Shown here: in pieces, positions 1-9,783 of the stretch
Layout of the letters: the number at the start of each line of letters is the position of its first letter
Numbering within the stretch: position 1 is the stretch's first letter
From: Marinilactibacillus psychrotolerans
GTDB lineage: Bacteria > Bacillota > Bacilli > Lactobacillales > Carnobacteriaceae_A
Direction: 5' to 3'
Length of the DNA: 24,000 bases
Assembly: GCF_900101525.1 (NCBI RefSeq)
Contig: NZ_FMZD01000004.1
Span: 55,102 to 79,101, forward strand
Notes under the pieces: model-generated
The model's database searches: none
What the model was told of the DNA's origin: nothing
Seen by the model: only the letters and a program-made list of their open reading frames with translations
Program-made: the position numbers and the translations under genes

Positions 1-384
1 AAGCATACCTGATGAATTAACAGGTTGTGGATCAAAAAGCAGAGGAACACTTCTAAAAGCTACTAGAATTGATCCTGCTAATAAAACAACTGCTGTAATC
101 AAAGCACCTAGTAATGAAAACCGTTGATAACCAAAACTAAATTTATCGTTGCTTTTTTTGGTAGAATATTTCTGGAAAAAAAAGGCAAGACCGACTGAAA
201 CAGAATCTCCTAGATCATGTACAGCATCTGATAAAATAGCTGAACTATTGAAAATAAAACCAAAAATAAATTCCAGACCGGAAAATACAAGGTTTAATAT
301 AAATACAATACCGATATTTTTGACGGTTTGATCGTTTTTAGAAGCTGATTTTGATTGATGGTGATTTTTATTTTGATTAGGCAA
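1..384 (-). CDS. Cation diffusion facilitator (CDF, CzcD/ZitB-like) metal efflux protein; N-terminal 128 codons, with the gene continuing past the left window edge
   Basis: Not in the ORF track because it is edge-truncated with a TTG start. My manual reverse translation is open from 384 to 1: (M)PNQNKNHHQSKSASKNDQTVKNIGIVFILNLVFSGLEFIFGFIFNSSAILSDAVHDLGDSVSVGLAFFFQKYSTKKSNDKFSFGYQRFSLLGALITAVVLLAGSILVAF.... It has the CDF TM2 motif (DAVHDLGD) and a His-rich N-terminus. An AGGAGG RBS (392-397, - strand) lies 7 nt upstream of TTG at 384-382. Confidence 0.75.
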   Translation of the reverse strand, partial: MPNQNKNHHQSKSASKNDQTVKNIGIVFILNLVFSGLEFIFGFIFNSSAILSDAVHDLGDSVSVGLAFFFQKYSTKKSNDKFSFGYQRFSLLGALITAVVLLAGSILVAFRSVPLLFDPQPVNSSGML

Positions 385-514
385 TTCGATTCCTCCTATA
401 TATAATGTATAGTATACTAGTAGTAGCCAATTTCTTATACTCATTATACTTTTCTTTAATCAAGGAATAAAATTATAGGAACTACAGAAATTTATTAAGA
501 AGGAGAAAAGCAGT

Positions 515-1336
515 ATGCTTGAAACATTTAGTTCATTTCATCCCGTTTTACAAGCTTTAATAGCGGGCCTTTTTACTTGGAGTTGTACAATATTCGGCTC
601 TGCATTTGTTTTCTTATTTAAAGATATCAACCGTAAATTTTTAGACGTCATGAATGGTTTTGCAGCAGGCGTCATGATAGCTGCATCATTCTGGTCACTA
701 TTAGCCCCTTCTATCTCCAATGCGGAAGATAGCGGATATGGTATCTGGGCTTTTGTGCCAGCTGCTGTTGGCTTTATGATGGGAGGGTTTTTCTTAAGGT
801 TGATTGATGTAGTGATTCCGCATTTACATTTGAATGAACCGGAAGAAAATAGTGAAGGACCAAAAACAAAAGCTTCCAAGAACTTGCTTCTTTTTCTAGC
901 GATTACCATACATAATATACCAGAAGGTTTATCTGTTGGGGTTGCATTTGGAGCGGTGGTAGCAGGAGCAGCAAACGGAGATGCCTTTTTGAGTGCTGTG
1001 GGCTTAGCTATTGGGATCGGAATCCAAAACATACCAGAAGGGTCTGCTTTATCTATGCCGATTAGAGCAGCAGGCACCAGTAGACTTAAAGCATTCAATT
1101 ATGGACAGCTTTCAGCGATTGTTGAACCAATTGCTGCGGTTATCGGGGCAGTGGCAGTTATTTCAATGGCAGCCATCTTACCGTATGCATTAGCATTTGC
1201 AGCCGGCGCTATGATTTTTGTCGTAGTTGAAGAGTTGATCCCAGAATCTCAGACAAATGGGAATAAAGATATTGCAACCTTATCCTTGATGGTTGGATTT
1301 GTGATTATGATGGTTTTAGACGTTGCATTAGGATAA
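515..1336 (+). CDS. ZIP-family (ZupT/GufA-like) divalent metal (zinc) transporter
   Basis: 273-aa polytopic membrane protein with HNIPEG and QNIPEG motifs typical of ZIP permeases. A GAAGGAG RBS lies upstream of the ATG. Confidence 0.85.
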   Translation: MLETFSSFHPVLQALIAGLFTWSCTIFGSAFVFLFKDINRKFLDVMNGFAAGVMIAASFWSLLAPSISNAEDSGYGIWAFVPAAVGFMMGGFFLRLIDVVIPHLHLNEPEENSEGPKTKASKNLLLFLAITIHNIPEGLSVGVAFGAVVAGAANGDAFLSAVGLAIGIGIQNIPEGSALSMPIRAAGTSRLKAFNYGQLSAIVEPIAAVIGAVAVISMAAILPYALAFAAGAMIFVVVEELIPESQTNGNKDIATLSLMVGFVIMMVLDVALG

Positions 1337-1367
1337 CTCTAAAATAGAATAGATCAATAGCTGGTAC

Positions 1368-1403
1368 AGAGGGATTCCTAAATATGGAAATGACAATCCC
1401 TCT
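1368..1403 (+). terminator. Hairpin downstream of the ZIP gene (9-bp stem AGAGGGATT/AATCCCTCT) with no clear U-tract
   Basis: Inverted repeat read directly at 1368-1376 and 1395-1403. An extended -10 (TGcTATATT, 1423-1431) for secG follows. Confidence 0.35.
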
Positions 1404-1470
1404 AGTAATACAAAAACGTTTGTGCTATATTAAGTAGTGAGAGACTTATGAAAGGGAGGTCAATTCCGAT

Positions 1471-1701
1471 ATGTATGATATATTATTAGGATTTATGCTC
1501 GTATTATCAGTATTTATTATAATCGTAGTTGCAATGCAGCCAACTAAAACGCAGAATGCGTCAAATGCCTTTTTAGGTGGTGCTAGTCAATTATTTGGAA
1601 AACAAAAAGCAAGAGGATTTGAAGCTGTTTTGATTAAAACGACAATCGTCTGCATTGTACTTTTCTTTGTTATTGCTTTAGCCCTAACTCGATTCTTTTA
1701 A
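1471..1701 (+). CDS. secG: Preprotein translocase subunit SecG
   Basis: 76 aa with two TM helices and the typical SecG sequence (MQPTKTQNASNAFLGGASQLFG). It sits in the conserved secG-est-rnr-smpB context. Confidence 0.9.
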   Translation: MYDILLGFMLVLSVFIIIVVAMQPTKTQNASNAFLGGASQLFGKQKARGFEAVLIKTTIVCIVLFFVIALALTRFF

Positions 1702-1726
1702 GTAATTTAAAATACAAACTGATAAG

Positions 1727-1800
1727 GAGCAAATCCACAGTACCCGAGCATGGGGATCCAGCATGCTTAAGCGGACGATGGAATTGCTCTTTTTATTTTG
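1727..1800 (+). terminator. Intrinsic terminator after secG
   Basis: Outer stem GAGCAAATCCA (1727-1737) pairs with TGGAATTGCTC (1779-1789) with one mismatch. There is an inner AGCATG/CATGCT stem, and a TTTTTATTTT tract follows. Confidence 0.6.
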
Positions 1801-1905
1801 GTTAATCAGTAAGCAATAGGTATGAGATTAGTAGGTATTGTATTTTGGTATTAAAAAAGGATCAATTAAGGTAAAATAAAGATATAGAGTTAAGGAGTGA
1901 AAAGA

Positions 1906-2655
1906 ATGAGAGATAAAACAATTTTTTTTGAAAAAGGCCCACGAGCTGTTTTACTTTTCCATGCATTTACAAGTACTCCAAATGATGTGAGAAGTTTAGC
2001 ACGTGCACTAGAACGAGCTGATTATACCGTCTATGCACCTACTTTATCTGGTCACGGAACAGATAATCCGGATGATTTATTTGATTACGGAATTGAAGAC
2101 TGGAAAAAAGATGGGGAAAAAGCCTATGAATTTTTAAAAGAAAAGGGATATAAAGAGATAGCTGTTTTCGGCTTATCATTAGGGGGGATTGTAGCCACAC
2201 ATCTAATGTTAACAAAAGATGTTTTAGCAGCAGGAACGTTTTCTTCTCCAGTGATAGATAATCAAGAGAGTCATGTTCCAGAAAACTTCATGACTTGGTA
2301 TGAAAATCTAAAAGAGCAAGCAGGGTATTCTAGAGAAGAAGTTGCTGGATTAAAAACAGCGGCAGAACCTCAATTGAAAATAATTCTAACAGGACTAAAC
2401 GATTTTATTCAAACGATGGTACCGCAATATAAAAATGTCAAAGGAAATGTATTTATAGGTCAAGGCGGAAGAGATGAAATGATTAATCCTCATCAATCTG
2501 GTGAGTATAGAGACGCCTTAATCAATGCAAATGTAGATTTTCATTGGTATGAAGAAGGTCCGCATAGTATTACAACGGGGCCAACAGGTAAACAATTACA
2601 AGTAGATTTATTATCATTCTTATCTACATTAGAATGGAATGGAGGCAATACATGA
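1906..2655 (+). CDS. est: Carboxylesterase, alpha/beta hydrolase (Est/YvaK-like)
   Basis: GLSLGG nucleophile elbow and conserved position between secG and rnr. I prefer ATG 1906 (AAGGAG RBS 1892-1897, 8-nt spacing) over the track's GTG 1897. Confidence 0.85.
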   Translation: MRDKTIFFEKGPRAVLLFHAFTSTPNDVRSLARALERADYTVYAPTLSGHGTDNPDDLFDYGIEDWKKDGEKAYEFLKEKGYKEIAVFGLSLGGIVATHLMLTKDVLAAGTFSSPVIDNQESHVPENFMTWYENLKEQAGYSREEVAGLKTAAEPQLKIILTGLNDFIQTMVPQYKNVKGNVFIGQGGRDEMINPHQSGEYRDALINANVDFHWYEEGPHSITTGPTGKQLQVDLLSFLSTLEWNGGNT

Positions 2656-4955
2656 GTAAGGAAATGAACGAGGAAGTAAACGAAGAAATAGAACAATTAA
2701 AGCAAAAAGTTTTAACCTTTATTGAAAAAAGTGAATTAAACAGTGTGGAAGTCAATGATATCAGTGAAGGACTAAACAGTACGGGCTCTAAAGATTTTAA
2801 AAAACTGGTCAATGCCATAGCAGAATTAGAACGTGAAGGGAGAATTATACTGACACAGCAAGGGCGATTTAAACTTAAAGAGGCAGAACCAGTTATGCAA
2901 GGCGTATTTAGCGGAACAGATAAGGGTTTTGGATTTGTTCCGATTGAAGAATTTGAAGAAGATATCTTTATTCCACCTCATGAAACAAATTCTGCACTAA
3001 ACGGCGACTTAGTCACTATTGAAGTTACAAAAGAAGCTGTTCCTTGGAAAGGCAAAGGACCTGTGGGAAGAGTATTAGAAGTAGTCGAACGCGCAACGAA
3101 ATCACTTGTAGGAGAATTTCATGCCTATACAGACGATGAAGTAGAAGAACGTGGACTATTTGGTTACGTTCAGACACAAAATAAAAAGTTGCCAAGTATG
3201 AAACTTCAAATTACGGCTAAAGGGATACGACCTGTTGAAGGCAGTATCGTTCAAGTAGAAGTGACAAAGTACCCGAGATCAAGTGAAGAAGATATGTATG
3301 GAATTATCATGCGTACAATTGGACACAAAGATGAACCAGGTATCGAGATTTTAACCATTGTAAACAAATATGGCATCCCTTCTGAGTTTCCAAAAGAAGT
3401 TATTGAAGAAGCAGAAGCGGTACCGGAAAAAATTGCTGAAGAAGACTTAGCTGGCAGACGAGATTTGCGAGATGAAGTCATCGTAACGATTGATGGAGCA
3501 GATGCAAAAGATTTAGATGATGCTGTAGTCGTTAAGAAACTTGAAAACGGACATTTTCACTTAGGCGTTCATATTGCAGATGTTTCACATTATGTAACAG
3601 AAGATAGTGCAATGGATCAAGAAGCATTTGAACGAGGCACGAGTGTCTATTTAACAGATAGAGTGATTCCAATGCTGCCACAGAGACTATCTAATGGAAT
3701 TTGTTCTCTCCATCCAAATGTTGATAGATTAACACTTAGTTGTGAGATGGAAATTGATGCTTCAGGAGACGTGGTCAGCTACGAGATTTTCCCAAGTGTC
3801 ATTAGATCTTATCGTCGAATGACTTATTCAGCTGTAAACGATATTTTGATGGAAAAAGATCCAAAAGCGATGGAGGAACATGCTGATCTTGTAGAACATT
3901 TTGAGACGATGGGCGAACTCCATCATATCTTAGAAAAGAAAAGAGAACAGCGCGGATCGATTGATTTTGATTCAAAAGAAGCAAAAATCGAAGTCGACTC
4001 TGAAGGAAATCCAACAGATATTGTCATTCGTGAACGAGGTATTGGCGAGCGATTGATTGAATCATTCATGCTTACAGCCAACGAGACTGTATCTGAATAT
4101 TATGCAAAACAAGATCTGCCAATTCTTTATCGTATCCATGCGCGTCCAGATGAAGCTAAAATGCAGCGATTTCTCGAATTTGTGACTAGTTTTGGAATTA
4201 ATGTAAAAGGAACAAAGGACAGTGTTTCGCCTAAAGATTTACAAGCTGTAATGAAGGAAGTTAAAGGGAAACCAGAAGAAATTGTGGTTAGTATGCTGAT
4301 GTTGAGATCAATGCAGCAAGCTAAATATGACGTAGATCCTATTGGACACTACGGATTAGCAGCTGATTATTATTCTCACTTTACTTCTCCAATCAGACGT
4401 TATCCAGATTTGATTTTGCATCGTTTGATTCATTACTATGATGAAGTAGCTAAAGACGAGAAAGCACGGAAGCGTTGGGAGAAAAAACTCCCTGAAATCG
4501 CGGAACATAGTTCCAAAACGGAACGTCGTGCCGTAGATGCTGAAAGAGAAACAGATGAATTGAAGAAAACAGAATTTATGGAAGGAAAGATTGGCGAAGA
4601 ATTCGAAGGTCTAGTTACTTCTGTTACAAACTTTGGCATGTTCGTTCAGTTACCCAATTCTGTTGAAGGATTAGTTCATATTTCGAAAATGAATGATGAT
4701 TATTATGAGTTCAGCGAACGTGGACTATTGTTGATTGGACAACATACAGGTAAGATTTTCCGCATCGGAGAACCTGTAAAAGTCAAACTGGTAGCAGCGA
4801 ATAAAGAAGGGTATCAGATTGACTTTGAATTGGCTGACTTACCAGAAGGTGAAAAACCTAAGAAAAAGAAACACGATAAAAAAGCTGATCGTAAAAATCA
4901 GCATACACAAAAAAGAAAAACCAAGAAAAAAAGAACAGGCAAACGCAAGCAATAG
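2652..4955 (+). CDS. rnr: Ribonuclease R (3'-5' exoribonuclease, RNB family) with a C-terminal S1 domain and Lys-rich tail
   Basis: RNB catalytic motifs (IDGADAKDLDDAV, HFTSPIRRYPDL), an S1 domain (GLVTSVTNFGMFVQL) and a basic tail. ATG 2652 is preceded by GGAGG (2641-2645) and overlaps the est stop as ATGA, so I prefer it to track start 2634. Confidence 0.95.
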   Translation: MSKEMNEEVNEEIEQLKQKVLTFIEKSELNSVEVNDISEGLNSTGSKDFKKLVNAIAELEREGRIILTQQGRFKLKEAEPVMQGVFSGTDKGFGFVPIEEFEEDIFIPPHETNSALNGDLVTIEVTKEAVPWKGKGPVGRVLEVVERATKSLVGEFHAYTDDEVEERGLFGYVQTQNKKLPSMKLQITAKGIRPVEGSIVQVEVTKYPRSSEEDMYGIIMRTIGHKDEPGIEILTIVNKYGIPSEFPKEVIEEAEAVPEKIAEEDLAGRRDLRDEVIVTIDGADAKDLDDAVVVKKLENGHFHLGVHIADVSHYVTEDSAMDQEAFERGTSVYLTDRVIPMLPQRLSNGICSLHPNVDRLTLSCEMEIDASGDVVSYEIFPSVIRSYRRMTYSAVNDILMEKDPKAMEEHADLVEHFETMGELHHILEKKREQRGSIDFDSKEAKIEVDSEGNPTDIVIRERGIGERLIESFMLTANETVSEYYAKQDLPILYRIHARPDEAKMQRFLEFVTSFGINVKGTKDSVSPKDLQAVMKEVKGKPEEIVVSMLMLRSMQQAKYDVDPIGHYGLAADYYSHFTSPIRRYPDLILHRLIHYYDEVAKDEKARKRWEKKLPEIAEHSSKTERRAVDAERETDELKKTEFMEGKIGEEFEGLVTSVTNFGMFVQLPNSVEGLVHISKMNDDYYEFSERGLLLIGQHTGKIFRIGEPVKVKLVAANKEGYQIDFELADLPEGEKPKKKKHDKKADRKNQHTQKRKTKKKRTGKRKQ

Positions 4956-4981
4956 CCTGAGACAGAAGGAGGGTGATCTAG

Positions 4982-5443
4982 GTGCCTAAAGGTGAAGGCA
5001 AGCTGATTGCTCAAAATAGGAAAGCAAGATATGAATATAGTATATTGGATACGGTTGAAGCTGGGATCGTACTCAATGGAACAGAAATAAAGTCTATCAG
5101 AGCTGGAAGAATCAATCTGAAAGATGGCTATGCAAGTATCCGAAATGGTGAGATGTTCTTATATAATGTGCATATTGCGCCATTTGAAAAAGGGAACCAG
5201 TTTAATCATGATCCATTAAGAACACGAAAATTATTGATGAAGAAAAAACAAATTGATAAATTCGTTGGAGAAGTGAAACAAGGCGGAGTAACAATCGTTC
5301 CATTAAAAGTCTATATAAAAAATGGATATGCTAAAGTGCTTATCGGATTAGCAAAAGGTAAGAAACAATATGATAAGCGTGAATCCATTAAACGCAAAGA
5401 TCAGAAACGACAAGTAGAGCGTGCATTAAAAGACTATCGCTAA
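4982..5443 (+). CDS. smpB: SsrA-binding protein SmpB
   Basis: 153 aa with canonical SmpB sequence ([11 protein letters not shown]...GTEIKS...RTRKLL). GTG start follows an AGGAGGG RBS. Confidence 0.95.
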   Translation: MPKGEGKLIAQNRKARYEYSILDTVEAGIVLNGTEIKSIRAGRINLKDGYASIRNGEMFLYNVHIAPFEKGNQFNHDPLRTRKLLMKKKQIDKFVGEVKQGGVTIVPLKVYIKNGYAKVLIGLAKGKKQYDKRESIKRKDQKRQVERALKDYR

Positions 5444-5449
5444 TAAACC

Positions 5450-5489
5450 AATAAATACCAGAGCATCTAAAACGGCTCTGGTATTTATT
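5450..5489. terminator. Bidirectional intrinsic terminator between convergent smpB and the ABC-2 permease gene
   Basis: Perfect 15-bp stem AATAAATACCAGAGC (5450-5464) / GCTCTGGTATTTATT (5475-5489) with a 10-nt loop. Both sides have A/T-rich flanks. Confidence 0.8.
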
Positions 5490-5519
5490 TATATATTCAT
5501 AATCTATAAAAAAAAACGA

Positions 5520-6347
5520 TTAATTTTTCTTATGATAGAGGTACATTGTAATAGGAGCAAAAATAATAAGCAAAGTGCCAGAAGCTGTAAGGGTCCAGAA
5601 AATATCTGAGAGCATAACATTTCCATGCATTAAGCCTCTTACTGCATCAACAAGAATAGTTATTGGATTAATATGAACAAATAGTTCCAAAGAATGAGGC
5701 ATTGTCTCTGGATCTACAAACGCACTGCTTAAGAATGTGAGTGGGAAAATAACCATCATTGCAATAGTCATTAAAGCGTTTTCGGATTTTAAAACCAAAG
5801 CTAATACATTCCAAATCCAGGATAAACAAAATGCAAAGACTAGCAATAAGGCCACTGCAAAAATCAGTCCAAAGAATCCGCCTTGGGGTCTGAAACCTAA
5901 GATCATTGCAAAAATAATCATTATAATGGAAGCGATCGTGTAGCGTAAGGTATCAAACAACATTGCACCAACTAATGAAGATGGAGACCAGATCGGTAAG
6001 GTCCGCTGTCGATCAAAAAAGCCTTTTTGGATATCTTTATTTAAATCGAGTCCAGTATACATCGTGATTTGAGTCACTGCTTGTACTAAGATTCCCGGCA
6101 AAATGAATTGAAGATATTCTTGAACGGAACCCGCAATGGCGCCTCCGAAAAGATACGTAAACAACAGTAAAAATAAAATGGGCATAGCTGTAATATCCAA
6201 TAAAGCCGTCGGTGCATGCTTCGTTCTGAGAAGAGCCCTCATGGCAAAAATTCTTACAGAAGTAAAAGAATTAGGGGGCGATGGCCGCTTTTTAGAAATG
6301 ATAGTCTTCTGTAAGCGATCTTGACTAATCGACTGATTCTGATCCAT
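5520..6347 (-). CDS. ABC-2 type exporter permease (DrrB-like)
   Basis: 275-aa six-TM protein immediately downstream of a DrrA-like ATPase; AAGGAGG RBS. Confidence 0.85.
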   Translation of the reverse strand: MDQNQSISQDRLQKTIISKKRPSPPNSFTSVRIFAMRALLRTKHAPTALLDITAMPILFLLLFTYLFGGAIAGSVQEYLQFILPGILVQAVTQITMYTGLDLNKDIQKGFFDRQRTLPIWSPSSLVGAMLFDTLRYTIASIIMIIFAMILGFRPQGGFFGLIFAVALLLVFAFCLSWIWNVLALVLKSENALMTIAMMVIFPLTFLSSAFVDPETMPHSLELFVHINPITILVDAVRGLMHGNVMLSDIFWTLTASGTLLIIFAPITMYLYHKKN

Positions 6348-6368
6348 AAAAATCCTCCTTATATAAAT

Positions 6369-7316
6369 TTATTCATCTTCAGTTAGAGCCAAAAATACTT
6401 CATCTAAACTGGGCTGACTAAGGGAAAAAGTAACATATTCAATATGCTGAGCAGTTAAATCAGTTAAAGCTTTAGCAGAAGCAGAAGGATCATCTACTTT
6501 AATAAACAATTGCAAACTCTTTGAGGATTCATGTAAAACAGATCCAACACTTTCTTCTAGAATAGTTTCTGCTTTTTCTCGATCAGCTTCGTTCTTTAAA
6601 GTGATATGGAGCATACCTGAGCCGACAGATGATTTTAGTTCTTGTGCTGTTCCTTCAGCAATGATTTTTCCTTTATTGATTACAGCAATTCGGTCTGCTA
6701 ACTGATCAGCCTCTTCTAAATATTGAGTAGTCAGTAAAACAGTGGTCCCGGCTGATGTTAATGCACGAATGACAGCCCAGACTTGGTTTCTGCTTCTAGG
6801 ATCTAATCCTGTCGTTGGTTCATCTAAAAATAATAAGTCAGGGGTCACTACAATACTAGCGGCGATATCTAGACGTCGGCGCATACCGCCAGAGTATTCT
6901 TTAGCTTGTTTAGAAGCTGCTTCCGCTAGCCCGAAAGCTTCCAGTAGTTCAGCTGAACGGATTTTAGCTTCTTTTTTGCTATAGCCCATCAGTCTGGAAA
7001 TCATAACCAGGTTCTCAGTACCTGTCAAATCTTCATCCACAGAAGCATACTGTCCAGTCAGCGCGATACGGGGACGGATTTTTTTAGCTTCTTTGGCAAC
7101 ATCATGACCGAATATCTTAGCTGTTCCATTATCAATTTTTAGCAAAGTAGTTAACATTTTTAAAGTAGTGGTTTTACCAGCACCGTTTGGTCCAAGAAAG
7201 CCATAAACAGTTCCTTTCTGGATTTTCAAGTCAATCTCGTCAACTGCAGTAAAATCCCCAAATTGTTTGTTTAACCCGTGCACTTCAACAGCGTAATCTT
7301 TTATTTCATTTATCAT
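6369..7316 (-). CDS. ABC transporter ATP-binding protein (DrrA/daunorubicin-resistance-like)
   Basis: Walker [13 protein letters not shown] signature YSGGMRRRL, Walker [13 protein letters not shown]. It also has the C-terminal extension typical of DrrA-type ATPases. Confidence 0.9.
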   Translation of the reverse strand: MINEIKDYAVEVHGLNKQFGDFTAVDEIDLKIQKGTVYGFLGPNGAGKTTTLKMLTTLLKIDNGTAKIFGHDVAKEAKKIRPRIALTGQYASVDEDLTGTENLVMISRLMGYSKKEAKIRSAELLEAFGLAEAASKQAKEYSGGMRRRLDIAASIVVTPDLLFLDEPTTGLDPRSRNQVWAVIRALTSAGTTVLLTTQYLEEADQLADRIAVINKGKIIAEGTAQELKSSVGSGMLHITLKNEADREKAETILEESVGSVLHESSKSLQLFIKVDDPSASAKALTDLTAQHIEYVTFSLSQPSLDEVFLALTEDE

Positions 7317-7602
7317 GTTACTCCTCCTTTGTTTTGGGGAAATCGGATTACTCAGGATAGAGTGAAAGCCGAAGTTTATAATTATATTCTACATAATACT
7401 TATCTTGAAGTACATTATATTTATGTAAAGTTGAAACGCCAGAGCAAAGGTCAGAATGCTGTTTAGTTGAAGCTGTATTGAATGTTGATATAAGCAATTC
7501 GTTTAAGATTAATATGAACTTTACCTCATTCTCTTAGCATCCGCCATACAAGTCTGTTACAATATATGAGAAAACATATTTTGGAAGGAGCAACAATTCA
7601 TT

Positions 7603-8283
7603 ATGACTAGTAAAGGTGTCACGATTTATTTTGTTCGTCATGGAGAAACGTATTTAAACTATTACGGACGTATGCAAGGATGGAGTAATGCTCCATTAAC
7701 AGATAATGGTATTGAAGATGTTCGTCGATGCGGACGTGGCTTAACTGATGTGAAATTTGACGCAGTCTATACAAGTGACTTAACACGTACACAAGACACA
7801 GCTTCCATCATTTTAGAAGAAAATAAGCAAACTCCAAAAATGGATATGGTACAAATGCCTGAATTCAGAGAAGTATTCTTTGGCTCTTACGAAGGAATGC
7901 CTGGTTCAGAAGCGTGGAAAAAAGTTGCTGAACAGATGGGGTACGCTTCTTCCCGTGACATGTTCTTAAATACAGAAATTCCAGATCGAATGAATGCATT
8001 TAGAGAAACAGATCCTTACCATGATGCTGAAAACTTTATGATGTTCTGGAATCGTGTGGAACAAGGTCTGATTAAATTGATTGACAAACATCGGGATACT
8101 GGAGAGACTATATTACTAGTAGCTCATGGGGGAACAATTCGTTATATACTACAGAACCTGATTCCTGACTTAACAGATACAAAAGCATTGCTGAACGCAA
8201 GTGTATCTGTAGCGGCTTATCACGATGGTAAATATCATCTTGACCGTTACAATGATGTTTCTCATTTTAGAGATGAAGAATAA
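7603..8283 (+). CDS. Histidine phosphatase family protein (phosphoglycerate mutase-like)
   Basis: RHGET catalytic motif (FVRHGETYLN) and downstream HGG. An extended -10 TGtTACAAT lies at 7555-7563. Confidence 0.85.
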   Translation: MTSKGVTIYFVRHGETYLNYYGRMQGWSNAPLTDNGIEDVRRCGRGLTDVKFDAVYTSDLTRTQDTASIILEENKQTPKMDMVQMPEFREVFFGSYEGMPGSEAWKKVAEQMGYASSRDMFLNTEIPDRMNAFRETDPYHDAENFMMFWNRVEQGLIKLIDKHRDTGETILLVAHGGTIRYILQNLIPDLTDTKALLNASVSVAAYHDGKYHLDRYNDVSHFRDEE

Positions 8284-8309
8284 AATTAGTTAGATTTGAG
8301 GATAAAGTA

Positions 8310-9086
8310 TTGAAACCTAAAGCATTAGTATTTTTTGATCTAGATGGAACATTGTTAAATAATCAGTCAGAACTAGACCAGGATGTTATTGAAGCACTGG
8401 AAAAATTAAAAGTAAATGGTGGAGTGCCTTTTATTTCTACAGGTCGTAGTCACCTGCAAGTGGAACATGTATTAAAAGAGACCGCTATTGATTCCTTTAT
8501 TTCTTTAAATGGACAGTATATTCAATATGAAGGTCAAGATATTTATGAAGGAATCTTTGATCAGAGTCTTTTAGATAGGATCCAATCTAAAGTTGAGGAA
8601 ACCGATATTTCAGTTGCCTATTATAGTAAAGATGGATTCAGAATCACTAGAAAAGATAAAAACTCTACTGAAGCGTATGAGTTTATTCATACTGAAGTTC
8701 CAAAAGTCGATCAAGAGTATAAGAATCATCATGAAATTCTGATGGCTTTACTTTTTACAGAAAACACAACGTTAGATGCAGAATTTTTAGAAGAATTTCC
8801 TGAATTATCTTTCTATCGAAACTCGCCTTTCTCTATTGATACGATCCTAAAAGAAAACTCAAAAGCAATTGGAATTAATCGTTTAGTTAATAAATTAGGA
8901 TTTGAAGAGATACCGACTTATGCATTTGGAGACGGTCCAAATGATTTGGAGATGCTTAAAGAAGTCGATTACAGCGTAGCAATGGAAAATGGTACAGCTG
9001 AAGTCAAAGCTGTTGCTGATTATATTGCAAAGAGTAATATCAATGGTGGAATCGTAGACGGATTAAAACATTTCGGACTGATTTAA
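8310..9086 (+). CDS. Cof-type HAD-IIB sugar-phosphate phosphatase
   Basis: FFDLDGTLL motif I, STGR motif II and GDGPNDLEM motif IV; TTG start. Confidence 0.85.
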   Translation: MKPKALVFFDLDGTLLNNQSELDQDVIEALEKLKVNGGVPFISTGRSHLQVEHVLKETAIDSFISLNGQYIQYEGQDIYEGIFDQSLLDRIQSKVEETDISVAYYSKDGFRITRKDKNSTEAYEFIHTEVPKVDQEYKNHHEILMALLFTENTTLDAEFLEEFPELSFYRNSPFSIDTILKENSKAIGINRLVNKLGFEEIPTYAFGDGPNDLEMLKEVDYSVAMENGTAEVKAVADYIAKSNINGGIVDGLKHFGLI

Positions 9087-9095
9087 TTCTAAACA

Positions 9096-9152
9096 AAAAT
9101 CACACATCTTTTTATCATTTGTCAATCGAATGATAGGAAGGTGTGTGATTTT
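9096..9152. terminator. Compound hairpin between convergent genes, probably a bidirectional terminator
   Basis: 11-bp stem AAAATCACACA (9096-9106) / TGTGTGATTTT (9142-9152) enclosing an inner TCATT/AATGA hairpin. Confidence 0.5.
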
Positions 9153-9171
9153 ATGATATTAAGTATAATTT

Positions 9172-9672
9172 TTATTCATCGTCTTCTACTAAAGAAACAG
9201 GATGAAATTCTTTATCTTTACAAAGTAGAAAATTCAATTCAAAATCATTATGGTATCCTTGAAGATTATATACGATATTTTCACCATTCTGCAATCGATC
9301 TTTACGGAACAAAGAAGGATGCAACTTTTTAACCACATCAATTAAAGCAAGTAACAGCATATCTGGTGTCTTTAATAAATTTCTGAAATCCTCATCGCTA
9401 AGTCGGTAACTTTTAAAGAATTCTTCAGTAAAGTCATTGTCCGGTCTAAGAGCAGATACAAAGCGAAGACTAGTAGGAGTCATGTAACGTAACTTAAATG
9501 AATCACTTTCGCGATCATAAATAATGAAGTCAGCTGAATAAAGCTCTTGGTCCATTTCAAATAGCAGCTTATACTTCTTTATATCAATATCATTTAACTT
9601 TGGATCTTCATCAATCATTGTATTGAATTCTTTTAACAAGCTATCCAAAATTCTCATCTGGTCAAAATTCAT
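9172..9672 (-). CDS. Hypothetical acidic cytoplasmic protein (166 aa); no family recognised
   Basis: Long ORF with an AAGGAGG RBS and its own extended -10 (TGcTATAAT, - strand, 9698-9706). I recognise no motif. Confidence 0.6.
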   Translation of the reverse strand: MNFDQMRILDSLLKEFNTMIDEDPKLNDIDIKKYKLLFEMDQELYSADFIIYDRESDSFKLRYMTPTSLRFVSALRPDNDFTEEFFKSYRLSDEDFRNLLKTPDMLLLALIDVVKKLHPSLFRKDRLQNGENIVYNLQGYHNDFELNFLLCKDKEFHPVSLVEDDE

Positions 9673-9783
9673 TTATCGCACCTCCTTTTTCAATTTTATT
9701 ATAGCATTATCAAAAAAAAATCGCACATCAAACCCTAATTAATGCGACATTGAAAGGTTACACCTACTGAACATAGGCTAGGA

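Noticed and set aside
149-331. 60-aa + strand ORF at the left edge
   Set aside because: It is antisense to a continuous, stop-free reverse frame encoding a clear CDF transporter N-terminus, has low-complexity composition and has no RBS.
538-1098. 186-aa - strand ORF inside the ZIP gene, plus similar antisense ORFs (1011-1193, 2624-2818, 3251-3481, 3802-4014, 4436-4639, 5737-5943, 6136-6324, 6742-6984, 10565-10747, 13878-14120, 18196-18393, 18456-18695, 19789-19977, 20411-20672, 20982-21185, 21612-21875, 22212-22445, 22902-23084)
   Set aside because: All of these are embedded antisense or out of frame within longer ORFs that have clear family signatures. None has an RBS or recognisable motifs. 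They are typical shadow ORFs.
4856-4955. Lys/Arg-rich low-complexity tail of RNase R (KKKKHDKKADRKNQHTQKRKTKKKRTGKRKQ)
   Set aside because: A basic C-terminal tail is a normal feature of RNase R. It is not a separate element or a repeat expansion.
9141-9332. 63-aa + strand ORF
   Set aside because: It begins inside the terminator hairpin and runs antisense through the 3' end of the 166-aa gene; it has no RBS.
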